Positions 19,864 to 29,944 of a stretch of 64,000 nt of DNA are shown here, piece after piece. How positions within the stretch are numbered: position 1 is the first letter of the stretch; each line of letters opens with the position of its first letter. The stretch comes from Lentimicrobiaceae bacterium (lineage in GTDB: Bacteria > Bacteroidota > Bacteroidia > Bacteroidales > F082). Both the position numbers and the translations under genes were made by a program. The DNA lies in contig SUWV01000009.1 in assembly GCA_015061315.1 (NCBI GenBank), forward strand, positions 19,193-83,192, given 5' to 3'. The notes under the pieces were generated by a model. That model was not told the origin of the DNA, made no database searches, and saw only the letters and a program-made list of their open reading frames with translations.

Positions 19864-22329
19864 TCAACAGTCAACAGACTTTGTACAATTTGATTTTCTA
19901 TATGTTACGACAATCGCTGCTATTAAACCTAAGATTAATATCAAAGATGAAATAAGTTGGATTGTGTTGCCTACTTTCCAAATCTTAGGTTCGTAGCGCA
20001 TCATAATCTCATGATTGCCAGCTGGAATGACAGCAGCTCTCAAGATATAATCAGCTCTAATCAAAGGAGATTCTTTTCCGTCTATCCATAATGTCCAGCC
20101 TTTATTTGTCCAGATTTCTGAGAAGACAACTAACTCATCTTTTGAAGAATTAAAACTGTAAACCAATTCGTTAGGTTTGTATGATTCTAATTTTATTGTT
20201 CCAGATACTGATGAAGGATTAAAATCGCCGATAACAGTTCTAAATTCGTCATTGACAATCGCAGTTGTTTTAACATCTGTATTTTCTATAGCTGCTATCT
20301 CTTCATTTGGTGTTGTAACCCATTTAATATCAGACACAATCCAAGCGTTTCCGAAAGCATCAGGATTTATGTTGGCGACAGCTTTATTATTATTCTGAGG
20401 ATAAATCAGATATTTAGTATTCATCATATTAAGTACATTCCAGAAACCGTTGCTTCCCATTTTATTCCCTCCAAGATAACGATTTATAACATCTTGATAA
20501 CGACGAAGTTTTGCACCATGATAACCGCCTATAGATTTATGGAAATATGATGTACTTGCATCGTTGAATGTATTTTTCGTCAAGTCCATAACTCTGTAAT
20601 TCAAGCTGTTATCTTGAAGTATCTGTTTATCTATTTCCGACATCACGAAAGGTTTATCAAAACGACGGCTATCGATGAAATTGTCATTATTAAGATAACG
20701 TTTATTTATCGGGAACATATCAAGGACAACGAGAGCAGCGAGCATTACAAACATTGCATTATTTTTTAACTTACCGTTAATATTTATTAACAAAATGATA
20801 GCGGCTACTGTAATAAACAAGAAACTTCTTATTGCATCTTTCTGGAAAATCGCCATACGAACCTTTTCCAATTCAGCCGCGAATGTCTGATAGATAGCAC
20901 CATCTTTACCTGCTCCCAACTGTGCGAACTGTGAGGCTTCGCCTTGACTTAAGAAGTTAAAGAAAACATTAGGAATGATGTAGAATAAAAGGCATAAACC
21001 TGCTGTTAATCCGAAAGATATGTAGAAGTAATACATATTTTTCTTTAATATTTCTGGATTTTTCATCACTTCCGCGAGAGCGAGGAACGCCAATATCGGC
21101 ATACATACTTCAGCGATTACTAGCGTCATTGAGACTGCCCTGAATTTATTATACATCGGGAAATAGTCGAGGAAGAAGTCGGTGAATCCCATGAAGTTCT
21201 TACCCCAACTCAATAATATTGAGAGGATTGTAGCGATGAGCAACACCCATTTTATTTTTCCTTTAACAACGAAAAGACCGAGTACGAAGAAGAAGCAGAC
21301 TATCGCACCCACGTAAACCGGTCCGCTTGTTCCAGGCTGATCGCCCCAGTAAGCGTTATTTTGAGCTATCATTGAGCGGAAACGAGGACTTGCTTTTTCT
21401 AAGGCTGGATTGTCGTTGCCGATATAAGCCGAAGCGCCGCCTTTCACATTAGGAATCATCAAACTCCAAGTCTCACCGATGCCATAACTCCATTGAGTCA
21501 CATAGTCTCTATCCAATCCACGAGTTTGATTGCCAGTATTTTCTGTAAGAACAGGTTTTCCACGCATCGTTTCTTTACCAAATTCGTAATTAGCGTAAAG
21601 CGTTGTAGTGCTTGTAAGAATTGCTAAAATCGCTGCGCATACAAGGATTCCGCTTGCCTTGAAAAATTCGGGATATTTTTTGTTTTTGATAGTCTCGATA
21701 AACTCAGCTATGACAAAAATCAACACTATAATGAAGAGATAATATGTGATTTGAATGTGACCAGCTCTTATCTCCAAGGCGAGAGCTATTGCTGTAAGAA
21801 CCGCTCCCCATAGATATTTTCCTTTGTAAGTCAATATGATACCTGCAATTACCGGAGCCATATAAGCCATTGCGACAGCTTTTGAATTATGACCAGCACC
21901 CATCACTATGAAGAGATAGGAAGTGAAACCGTATGCCAATGCGCCAATGAAGCTAATCCAGATTTTACAATCGAGGACGAGAAGCAGAATGAAAAATCCG
22001 AGCATACTGATAAAGACGGACATTATCGGGCTTGGAAATCCTAAACCAATGATTTTCTGAACGTAAGTCATTAGATTAGAATTTTGTTGAACGCCGATAT
22101 TCCATGCAGGCATACCACCAAACATTGAATTCGTCCATAACGACTGTTCGCCAGTCTCTTCTCTAAACTGATTGATTTCCTGAGACATTCCTTTATACAT
22201 CTCAATATCATGTTGCTTAATTCTTTTGCCTTCAAGAATTGGCGTGAAATAAACTAAAGTTATCGCTGCAAAAGCAATAATCGCGAATATAACTCCAAGA
22301 AATTGTTTGTTTTTAAAAATATCTTTCAT
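19864..22329 (-). CDS. YfhO-family polytopic membrane protein (GT-C-like)
   Basis: 821 aa, with more than 12 predicted TM segments in the first 550 aa, then a soluble C-terminal domain and a terminal TM. The size and topology are typical of YfhO proteins. Confidence 0.65.
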   Translation of the reverse strand: MKDIFKNKQFLGVIFAIIAFAAITLVYFTPILEGKRIKQHDIEMYKGMSQEINQFREETGEQSLWTNSMFGGMPAWNIGVQQNSNLMTYVQKIIGLGFPSPIMSVFISMLGFFILLLVLDCKIWISFIGALAYGFTSYLFIVMGAGHNSKAVAMAYMAPVIAGIILTYKGKYLWGAVLTAIALALEIRAGHIQITYYLFIIVLIFVIAEFIETIKNKKYPEFFKASGILVCAAILAILTSTTTLYANYEFGKETMRGKPVLTENTGNQTRGLDRDYVTQWSYGIGETWSLMIPNVKGGASAYIGNDNPALEKASPRFRSMIAQNNAYWGDQPGTSGPVYVGAIVCFFFVLGLFVVKGKIKWVLLIATILSILLSWGKNFMGFTDFFLDYFPMYNKFRAVSMTLVIAEVCMPILAFLALAEVMKNPEILKKNMYYFYISFGLTAGLCLLFYIIPNVFFNFLSQGEASQFAQLGAGKDGAIYQTFAAELEKVRMAIFQKDAIRSFLFITVAAIILLININGKLKNNAMFVMLAALVVLDMFPINKRYLNNDNFIDSRRFDKPFVMSEIDKQILQDNSLNYRVMDLTKNTFNDASTSYFHKSIGGYHGAKLRRYQDVINRYLGGNKMGSNGFWNVLNMMNTKYLIYPQNNNKAVANINPDAFGNAWIVSDIKWVTTPNEEIAAIENTDVKTTAIVNDEFRTVIGDFNPSSVSGTIKLESYKPNELVYSFNSSKDELVVFSEIWTNKGWTLWIDGKESPLIRADYILRAAVIPAGNHEIMMRYEPKIWKVGNTIQLISSLILILGLIAAIVVTYRKSNCTKSVDC

Positions 22330-22353
22330 ATAATTTACAGTTAATTAACAATT

Positions 22354-23946
22354 TTAATAGACAAATTTAGCGTTTAATGTTTCGTGTTGAGTTTCTATGC
22401 TCAAGAAGTAGATGTTAAAATTATTTAAGATTTTTTTTGTAAAGTCTTCAAGAGAAATGATATTTGTTCCATGAGACATTATTCCGTAATTCTTAACAAA
22501 AATCAATTTTCCGTTCATATCATATATCTTAACATTGACATCTGATTTGTCTGTTAAAATAAATTCACATATAGAGTTTGAATTTAAAGGATTAGGATAT
22601 ATCTTAATATTTTTTATATCAGTGTTAATTTCTTTTAAGTAAGTAGCGTCAAATTCATAGCAGCCCATATCAATTCTATTACCAATAATTCTTCGATTTC
22701 CCGCTAAATCTGTGATAGGGATTAATAATCCTGTTGTATCTCCACTGTTGATTGCCGGACTTCCGTCAGATAGTTGGAAGTTACGATTTTGAGTATCGAG
22801 AAATAATGGGTCGCTGTCGAGCATTGAAGCGGTATCGTAAACTGCAATATTCTCATAACCATGTACTTCTTTAAAACCACCTTGTAATATTGAGTTATAA
22901 AATTGTGGTTTGCAATCATATCCCCAGATAAAAATCTGTGAGCCGTCGGAGATGGAATTATGTTCATCGTACCAATCATTATCCCATATGATACAATTTT
23001 TGAAGACAGGATTAGCTTCGCTATAGAACTGCATCGCGCCGCCACCTGCGGACACCGTAAAATTATTCGTCATGGTAACGTTATTGACAATCGGTGAAGA
23101 AGCAGCTATCGCCATAGCACCCCCATAATGATATGCGATGTTATTATCAAACAACGAGTTAGAGACTCTCACCTCATAATCGTTACAACGTTGTATTCCC
23201 ATTCCAGCGGCATTGACAGCATAATTATCCTCAAAAACAGCATTATTGACATAAACATTACAGCTATCGAAATTAGCACCGCCACCGTAACAATTCTCGC
23301 AATAATTATCATGGAAATACATATTTTCCATTCTCACATTACAATTATTAAATTGAAAACCAGCGCCGTGCATATAGACGCCCTCTTCATTGAAACCGAA
23401 GTTAGAATCCACTTCGCAGTTAAAAATGTTCAGCTTAGAATTTTCAGCGTATAAAGCTCCGCCTTTTGAAGTAGTTAGGTTATGATAAAAAATAGAATTA
23501 CTGATAATGACATTATTAGAATTATAAAATCTCAATGCACCACCGCAAGCCGATTGTTGACTATTGACAGCTTTTCCAAAAGAAAAATGACAATAATCTA
23601 AAATTATAGTATCACTAACATCTTGAAATACAATACCATTCCAAGCACCAACTTCTTTTTTCCACTTAAAGAAACCAGTAGTATCAATTGGAATAAAATA
23701 AATAGAATCGTTTTTTTGACCGAGAGCTTTCAACGAGCCCTTTATCGTGATGCTGTAATAATCTTGAAAAATCACACGTGTTCCTTTGGCTATCGTCAGA
23801 GATTTGTCTTCAGGAACGACGACATCATCAACAAGCAATATTGTATCATAATTCCATACGCCTTCTTGAATGCCAGATACTTCCAAAATCTGAGCATTTA
23901 TTATAAAGGGTAAAATAAGAATTATAAACAACGATATTTTTCTCAT
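22354..23946 (-). CDS. T9SS-sorted right-handed parallel beta-helix repeat protein
   Basis: The signal peptide MRKISLFIILILPFIINAQ starts at 23946. It has repeated N-x-F/GGA beta-helix rungs (GGALRFYNSNN, GGALYAENS, GGANFDSCN, GGAMAIAASS, GGGAMQFYS). The C-terminal IYPNP...VKIYDMNGK...YFLSI matches the T9SS type A sorting domain. Confidence 0.7.
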   Translation of the reverse strand: MRKISLFIILILPFIINAQILEVSGIQEGVWNYDTILLVDDVVVPEDKSLTIAKGTRVIFQDYYSITIKGSLKALGQKNDSIYFIPIDTTGFFKWKKEVGAWNGIVFQDVSDTIILDYCHFSFGKAVNSQQSACGGALRFYNSNNVIISNSIFYHNLTTSKGGALYAENSKLNIFNCEVDSNFGFNEEGVYMHGAGFQFNNCNVRMENMYFHDNYCENCYGGGANFDSCNVYVNNAVFEDNYAVNAAGMGIQRCNDYEVRVSNSLFDNNIAYHYGGAMAIAASSPIVNNVTMTNNFTVSAGGGAMQFYSEANPVFKNCIIWDNDWYDEHNSISDGSQIFIWGYDCKPQFYNSILQGGFKEVHGYENIAVYDTASMLDSDPLFLDTQNRNFQLSDGSPAINSGDTTGLLIPITDLAGNRRIIGNRIDMGCYEFDATYLKEINTDIKNIKIYPNPLNSNSICEFILTDKSDVNVKIYDMNGKLIFVKNYGIMSHGTNIISLEDFTKKILNNFNIYFLSIETQHETLNAKFVY

Positions 23947-24047
23947 ATAGGAATAAAAATTTGCCTTACAAAAATAATCATTTTTCGGCAATAAATAAGC
24001 CCTTTATTATTTATTAGGTATTTTGTTCAAGATATTGTTTTTTAACT

Positions 24048-24055
24048 TATTTTTG
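24048..24055 (+). promoter_or_regulatory. -7 box TATTTTTG upstream of mutA
   Basis: Matches TAnnTTTG, 48 nt upstream of the ATG at 24104. Confidence 0.5.
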
Positions 24056-24103
24056 TGGTGTAATACAAACTGAGAATAATCAATAATTTTTAACAATAAA
24101 GAT

Positions 24104-25954
24104 ATGAGTAACAACAAAAAACTTTTTGAGGAATTTCCTGCGGTGACAACCGAACAATGGGAAGCCGTCATTCAAAAAGATCTCAAAGGCGCTGACTACA
24201 ACAAGAAACTTGTTTGGAAGACAGCAGAAGGTTTCTCGGTAAGACCTTACTATCGCGCCGAAGACCTCAATTCAATTACATGGAACAACGTGGAACCTAA
24301 CCAGTTCCCATACGTCCGCGGCAACAAAACCAAAGGCAACGAATGGCTTATCTGCCAAGACATCAACGTCAAAGATTGCAAAGCCGCTAACGAAAAAGCA
24401 TTAGACGCTATCAAGAGAGGCGCTAACGCTATCACTTTCCGCTTGGAATACGACAAACTCTACACCGACTTAGAACTATCAGCATTGCTCAACGGCATCA
24501 ACGCTAAGGAAGTCGAATTGAGTTTCTACAATAACAAATATCATCTCCCACTTTTGGAGCAGCTTTCAAGAATCCCTGATTTACGCGGTTCTTTGAACTA
24601 CGACCCATTGACACGCTATATCCGTCGCGGAACATGGTTCATCTCCGAAAGCACAGACATGGAATTAGCTTACATCTTGACAAAAGCAGAGATGCCAGGT
24701 TTCCAGACCATCGGTATCAACAGCCACGTCTTCACTAACGCCGGAGCTACCATCGTTCAAGAGATGGCTTTCGCTTTGTCAATCGGAGCAGAATATTTGG
24801 ATAAACTCACAGATACAGATTTAACCATCGACGAGATTCTTCCTAAGATGCGTTTCAACGTGGCAGTAGGTCAGAACTACTTCATGGAGATGGCTAAGAT
24901 GCGTGCTTACAGAGTTTTATGGGCAAACATCGCTAAGGCTTACGGCGCAAAAGAAGAAAACGCCAAGATGCTCATCCACGCTTTCAACGCACAAATCAAC
25001 ATGAGCTTGTATGACTCATACGTCAATATGTTACGTACAACAACAGGTTCGATGTCGGCTATCCTCGGTGGTGTCCACTCATTCAGCGTGACTCCATTCG
25101 ACATGGTTTATGAACCATCGACAGAATTTGCAGAACGTATCGCTCGTAACCAACAGCTCATTTTGAAAGAAGAATCACACTTCGACAAAGTAGCTGACCC
25201 GGCAGCAGGTTCATATTATATCGAAAACCTCACAGACTCATTGGTGAAAGCAGCTTGGGATTTGTTCTTACAAATTCAAGAAGAAGGCGGTTACTTAGCA
25301 GCATTGCGTAAGGGAACTATCCAAAAGATGGTTAAAGAAAACGCAGCAAAACGCCTCAACAACGTAGCAACACGCCGCGAGATAATTCTCGGTACAAACC
25401 AATTCCCTAACTTCACAGAGACAATGAAGTCAAATCCAGAAGCTTGGGTATTTGAAGCTAACAGCCGTCGTGATGAAAACGCAGAAATTGACACTATCGA
25501 CACTTACCGCGTGGCTCAACAATTTGAGCAGTTACGTTATGCGACAGATGTTTACAGCCAAAACAACAAACGCCCTGTAGCATGGATGTTGACTTACGGT
25601 AACTTAGCAATGTTAAAGGCAAGAGCGAACTTCGCTTCTAACTTCTTCGCTTGCGCTGGATTTGAAGTAGTTGACAACGCTGGCTTCAAGACTGTTGAAG
25701 ACGGTATCGCTGCCGCTAAAGAAGTGAAACCTGAGATAGTAGTCATCTGCTCATCAGACGAAGAATATGGTGAAGGCAATGCTCTCAAGATTTACGAAGC
25801 TCTTAAAGATCAGGCTATCGTGGTCTTGGCTGGTAATCCAGAAGGCACAGCCGACGTACTCAAAGCTGCTGGCATGGAATATTTCATCCACGTGAAGAGC
25901 AACGTCTTAGAGACATTACAAGATTTTCAAAAGAAATTAGGTATAACAAAATAA
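24104..25954 (+). CDS. mutA: methylmalonyl-CoA mutase, small (beta) subunit
   Basis: 616 aa with mutase-fold similarity. The C-terminal B12-binding-like domain lacks the DxHxxG His ligand. It lies directly upstream of mutB. Confidence 0.9.
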   Translation: MSNNKKLFEEFPAVTTEQWEAVIQKDLKGADYNKKLVWKTAEGFSVRPYYRAEDLNSITWNNVEPNQFPYVRGNKTKGNEWLICQDINVKDCKAANEKALDAIKRGANAITFRLEYDKLYTDLELSALLNGINAKEVELSFYNNKYHLPLLEQLSRIPDLRGSLNYDPLTRYIRRGTWFISESTDMELAYILTKAEMPGFQTIGINSHVFTNAGATIVQEMAFALSIGAEYLDKLTDTDLTIDEILPKMRFNVAVGQNYFMEMAKMRAYRVLWANIAKAYGAKEENAKMLIHAFNAQINMSLYDSYVNMLRTTTGSMSAILGGVHSFSVTPFDMVYEPSTEFAERIARNQQLILKEESHFDKVADPAAGSYYIENLTDSLVKAAWDLFLQIQEEGGYLAALRKGTIQKMVKENAAKRLNNVATRREIILGTNQFPNFTETMKSNPEAWVFEANSRRDENAEIDTIDTYRVAQQFEQLRYATDVYSQNNKRPVAWMLTYGNLAMLKARANFASNFFACAGFEVVDNAGFKTVEDGIAAAKEVKPEIVVICSSDEEYGEGNALKIYEALKDQAIVVLAGNPEGTADVLKAAGMEYFIHVKSNVLETLQDFQKKLGITK

Positions 25955-25969
25955 AGAAAGGAGAAAACG

Positions 25970-28117
25970 ATGAAACCCAATTTTAAAGATATAAACATCA
26001 ACGTTATACCTCAGACAGAAGACCCAAAAGAATGGGAAAACAAGAACGGTATAAAACCAGAATGGGAAACCGTTGAACATATCAACGTCCGTCCAGCTTA
26101 CACCTCAGCACAGCTTGAAGGCATGGAGCATCTCAACTACGCAGCTGGTATCGCTCCTTATCTCCGCGGACCTTATTCAACAATGTATGTGATGCGTCCT
26201 TGGACAATCCGTCAATATGCAGGTTTCTCAACAGCTGAAGAATCAAATGCTTTCTATCGTCGTAACATCGCTGCCGGACAAAAAGGTCTGTCAGTAGCTT
26301 TCGACCTTGCAACACACCGCGGCTACGATGCCGACCACGAACGCGTTATGGGCGACGTTGGTAAAGCTGGTGTAAGTATCTGTTCAGTAGAAGACATGAA
26401 GGTCTTATTCGACCAGATACCTCTCAACAAGATGTCAGTATCTATGACAATGAACGGCGCAGTGTTGCCAGTATTGGCATTCTACATCGTCGCTGCTTTG
26501 GAACAAGGCGCTACCTACGAAGAACTTCAAGGTACAATCCAGAACGACATCTTGAAAGAGTTCATGGTTCGTAACACATATATCTATCCACCTGAGTTCT
26601 CGATGCGTATCATCGCCGACATCTTCGAGTTCACATCTAAGAAGATGCCTAAGTTCAACTCAATCTCTATCTCCGGTTACCACATGCAAGAAGCTGGTGC
26701 CACCTGCGACATCGAGTTGGCTTACACTCTCGCCGACGGCTGGGATTACTTACGCACAGGTGTTAAGTCAGGCTTAGACATCGACGCTTTCGCACCACGT
26801 CTTTCATTCTTCTGGTGCTCTGGCATGAACCACTTCATGGAGATAGCTAAGATGAGAGCAGCTCGTATGTTATGGGCTAAGATCGTCAAGACTTTCAATC
26901 CTAAGAGCGAAAAATCTTTGGCATTACGTACTCACACCCAGACATCAGGTTGGTCATTGACAGAACAAGACCCATTCAACAACGTAGCACGTACTTGCAT
27001 CGAAGCTATGGGCGCAGCACTCGGTCACACACAATCGTTGCACACCAACGCATTGGACGAAGCTATCGCTCTTCCTACCGACTTCTCGGCACGTATCGCA
27101 CGTAACACACAGATCTATATCCAAGAAGAAACCAACGTTTGCAAAGTCGTTGACCCATGGGCAGGTTCATACTACATTGAATCATTGACAAAAGAAATCG
27201 CCGACAGAGCATGGGAGCACATCATGGAAATCGAAGCTATGGGCGGTATGGCAAAAGCTATCGAGACAGGACTTCCAAAGATGCGTATCGAAGAAGCAGC
27301 AGCACGCAAGCAAGCACGTATCGACGCTGGCAGCGAAATCATTGTTGGTATCAACAAATTCCGTCTCGACCATGAAGACGCTATCGAGACACTCGAAGTC
27401 GACAACACAGCAGTTCGCGAATCACAAATCAAACGTCTCAACGACTTACGCGCTAAACGTAACCAAGCCGACGTCGATCGTTGTTTGGCAGCTATCACCA
27501 AGGCAGCTGAGACAGGTGAAGGCAACTTGTTAGAGTTGGCAGTCGAGGCAGCAAAATGCCGCGCTACATTAGGCGAGATCTCAATGGCTTGCGAAAAAGT
27601 AGCAGGACGTTATAAAGCAGTTATTCGTACAATATCAGGAGTTTATTCTATGGAAACAAAAGGTGATGCCAAATTTGCAGAAGCTGTCGCTAAGGCTGAC
27701 GAATTTGCAAAAGTCGAAGGACGTCGTCCTCGTATCATGATTGCTAAGATGGGACAAGACGGTCACGACCGTGGAGCTAAAGTTGTTGCTACAGGTTATG
27801 CCGACATAGGCTTCGACGTCGATATGGGTCCATTGTTCCAGACACCGGCAGAGGCAGCACGTCAGGCAGTAGAAAACGACGTTCATATCCTCGGCGTCTC
27901 GAGTTTGGCAGCTGGTCATAAGACACTCGTACCACAAGTCATCGAAGAACTTGAGAAGTTAGGTCGCCCAGATATTATGGTCGTTGTTGGTGGTGTTATC
28001 CCTCCACAAGACTATCAATTCTTGTACGATGCTGGCGCAGCCGCTATCTTTGGACCAGGCTCAGTCATCAGCGACTCAGCTATCAAGATGTTAGATTTGC
28101 TTTTGGCAACGAGATAA
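25970..28117 (+). CDS. mutB: methylmalonyl-CoA mutase, large (alpha) subunit
   Basis: [30 protein letters not shown] and the C-terminal cobalamin motif [11 protein letters not shown] (DxHxxG). Confidence 0.95.
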   Translation: MKPNFKDININVIPQTEDPKEWENKNGIKPEWETVEHINVRPAYTSAQLEGMEHLNYAAGIAPYLRGPYSTMYVMRPWTIRQYAGFSTAEESNAFYRRNIAAGQKGLSVAFDLATHRGYDADHERVMGDVGKAGVSICSVEDMKVLFDQIPLNKMSVSMTMNGAVLPVLAFYIVAALEQGATYEELQGTIQNDILKEFMVRNTYIYPPEFSMRIIADIFEFTSKKMPKFNSISISGYHMQEAGATCDIELAYTLADGWDYLRTGVKSGLDIDAFAPRLSFFWCSGMNHFMEIAKMRAARMLWAKIVKTFNPKSEKSLALRTHTQTSGWSLTEQDPFNNVARTCIEAMGAALGHTQSLHTNALDEAIALPTDFSARIARNTQIYIQEETNVCKVVDPWAGSYYIESLTKEIADRAWEHIMEIEAMGGMAKAIETGLPKMRIEEAAARKQARIDAGSEIIVGINKFRLDHEDAIETLEVDNTAVRESQIKRLNDLRAKRNQADVDRCLAAITKAAETGEGNLLELAVEAAKCRATLGEISMACEKVAGRYKAVIRTISGVYSMETKGDAKFAEAVAKADEFAKVEGRRPRIMIAKMGQDGHDRGAKVVATGYADIGFDVDMGPLFQTPAEAARQAVENDVHILGVSSLAAGHKTLVPQVIEELEKLGRPDIMVVVGGVIPPQDYQFLYDAGAAAIFGPGSVISDSAIKMLDLLLATR

Positions 28118-28147
28118 AATTTATTAACAAAAAAAACATTTAATAAA

Positions 28148-29014
28148 ATGAAAAAGACATTAATGACCTTAGTATTGGTTATCACAACTTTAATGATGAC
28201 AAGTTGTGATGAGACATTCTTCACAGGCGGAGAAAACAAGAAGCCAGACAAAAATTTCTATTGCATTGATAGCACATATCAAAGCATCAAATCATGCGTA
28301 AGTTACGCAAGTGAAGAAGAAACGATATTGGTGTTCACATGCGATGACTTGAGTGTTGTTCAATTCACACTTAACAATCACAGCGAAATTCCTGTCGGTA
28401 CTTTTGAATTAACAAATGATGATGAATGCAATTACGAAGGCGGCTTCGAATCAATTGATTTGTCAGGAGATTTAGAAGGCGTTTTATCTGTTAGTTTAAG
28501 CGAAGCTATCTACACTTTCACTTTTGAAGGTAACATCGTTGATGACACTGTACGCACCGCTTTCAGTTTAAGTTATCAAGATGAAGTTGTTGATGCTAAC
28601 GCTGACACTGGTAATGGCACATTGACTATCAACAACAGTGAGTATTCACTTAAAAAAGGTGTTTGTACAAATCAAAGCTATGAAGGTTTGAATCTTTATG
28701 CTATGGTTTTGACAAGCAGCGAAAAAGAAACAGAGAACTATTGTGTTGTCACATTAGGTTTCTTAGGTAAGAAAGACATTCCTACAGGCACCTACCCTAT
28801 CGCTGAGATTCCTATGATGGGACCACTCTTCGTGGTTGAAGCTAATGGCGATGAATTAATCGGTGCAACAGGTGAAATCACTATCACTAAAAATGAAGAG
28901 TCATACAGCATCAATGCTAACGGCACTTTCAAACAAGTTTCAGAAGAAGGCATCGAAGCAGAACAAACAAGCTTCACTCTCTCATATGAAGGTAAATTCA
29001 TTGAGATGAAATAA
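28148..29014 (+). CDS. hypothetical lipoprotein
   Basis: The lipobox is LMMTSCDE. No family is recognised. It starts 30 nt after mutB with no terminator between them. Confidence 0.5.
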   Translation: MKKTLMTLVLVITTLMMTSCDETFFTGGENKKPDKNFYCIDSTYQSIKSCVSYASEEETILVFTCDDLSVVQFTLNNHSEIPVGTFELTNDDECNYEGGFESIDLSGDLEGVLSVSLSEAIYTFTFEGNIVDDTVRTAFSLSYQDEVVDANADTGNGTLTINNSEYSLKKGVCTNQSYEGLNLYAMVLTSSEKETENYCVVTLGFLGKKDIPTGTYPIAEIPMMGPLFVVEANGDELIGATGEITITKNEESYSINANGTFKQVSEEGIEAEQTSFTLSYEGKFIEMK

Positions 29015-29033
29015 CAAGATGCAAATTGCCAAC

Positions 29034-29073
29034 AAAAAAATCCGCAGGAGAAATTCTCTTGCGGATTTTTTTT
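29034..29073. terminator. bidirectional intrinsic terminator between convergent genes
   Basis: A7-TCCGCAGGAG-aaatt-CTCTTGCGGA-T8. The 10-bp stem has one non-Watson-Crick position and is flanked by A and T runs. Confidence 0.8.
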
Positions 29074-29092
29074 ATGAACTTATTTATTAAAA

Positions 29093-29860
29093 TCATTCAA
29101 CAACCAGCTTCTCAATCTTTCCATTGACATCGATAAAATAAATTCCTGTCTTGATATCGCTGATGTTTATCGTTGCATCGTTAATATTTGAAATATGAAC
29201 TTCTTTCACACAGCGACCTGTCATGTCGTATATCTTGACATCGGCTTCGCTATTATGTTTAGAAGTGATTTTGATTTCCGTTGAAGCCGGATTAGGATAA
29301 ATCCCGATTTCATTATCATTCAATTCAGCAATAGCCGTAGGTTTATAATCTTCATCCATTGCAGTTTTTATCTCGTCAATAAGTTGTTGTGTTGAAGTGA
29401 TAGGCCAAATGTCTTCAATAACGATTTTACGATTTGGAGCTATAAGCATCACTCTTGGCATTATTATTACATTATAAAGATTTTCACAGATGTCGTGAAC
29501 TGAAGTTCCATCAGTGAACGGGTGAATTACCGGGAAATCAACCTGATATTTTTGCTTCCAAGTATCAATCTTCAACGAATCGGCTGTAGGGTCAATACCG
29601 ATAAAAAAGACCTCATCTTGATTAGCGCCGAAATAATAATAAGTTTCTGCAATACATGGGTCAATAATTTCAGAGTTATTACCATCGTTCCAGAAGAAAT
29701 ATAGCAAAGCGTATTGTCCGTCATCTAAGATATCGAACAAATGCACATTAGTTCCATATTCATCAGTACAATTAAAATCTACAGCATCCTTAAATCCTGT
29801 CTGTGCGTTGATGCTCAAAGTAAATATTATAGCACAAATTAATGATATAATTTTTTTCAT
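29093..29860 (-). CDS. T9SS-sorted thioredoxin-fold protein, CxxC lost (paralog 1)
   Basis: Has a signal peptide. The TlpA-like fold aligns with paralogs 3 and 4, but the active-site position reads YFFWNDGNNSE. The C-terminus IYPNPASTEIKITS...VKIYDMTGRCVKEV...GIYFIDV is a T9SS sorting domain. Confidence 0.7.
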   Translation of the reverse strand: MKKIISLICAIIFTLSINAQTGFKDAVDFNCTDEYGTNVHLFDILDDGQYALLYFFWNDGNNSEIIDPCIAETYYYFGANQDEVFFIGIDPTADSLKIDTWKQKYQVDFPVIHPFTDGTSVHDICENLYNVIIMPRVMLIAPNRKIVIEDIWPITSTQQLIDEIKTAMDEDYKPTAIAELNDNEIGIYPNPASTEIKITSKHNSEADVKIYDMTGRCVKEVHISNINDATINISDIKTGIYFIDVNGKIEKLVVE

Positions 29861-29908
29861 CTCTATAATTTTATTAGTGTTAAGTTTTATTTATTTTATG
29901 GAAGCAAT

Positions 29909-29932
29909 AAGGACGCAATTCAATGCGTCCTT
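29909..29932 (-). terminator. hairpin terminator downstream of paralog 2
   Basis: AAGGACGCA-attcaa-TGCGTCCTT is a perfect 9-bp stem located 13 nt after the stop of 29945..31825. Confidence 0.6.
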
Positions 29933-29944
29933 ACATTTTGTATT

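Noticed and set aside
23992-24103. Cobalamin riboswitch upstream of the B12-dependent methylmalonyl-CoA mutase genes
   Set aside because: The leader is only about 110 nt, very AT-rich, and lacks anything resembling the B12 box or the conserved GC-rich helices. Only a TAnnTTTG promoter box is visible.
28148-29014. Lipoprotein downstream of mutB, considered as a functional partner of the mutase (for example a MeaB-like chaperone)
   Set aside because: There is no P-loop or GTPase motif. The sequence is a Ser/Thr/Glu-rich lipoprotein of unknown family. Co-transcription is possible, but a functional link is unsupported.
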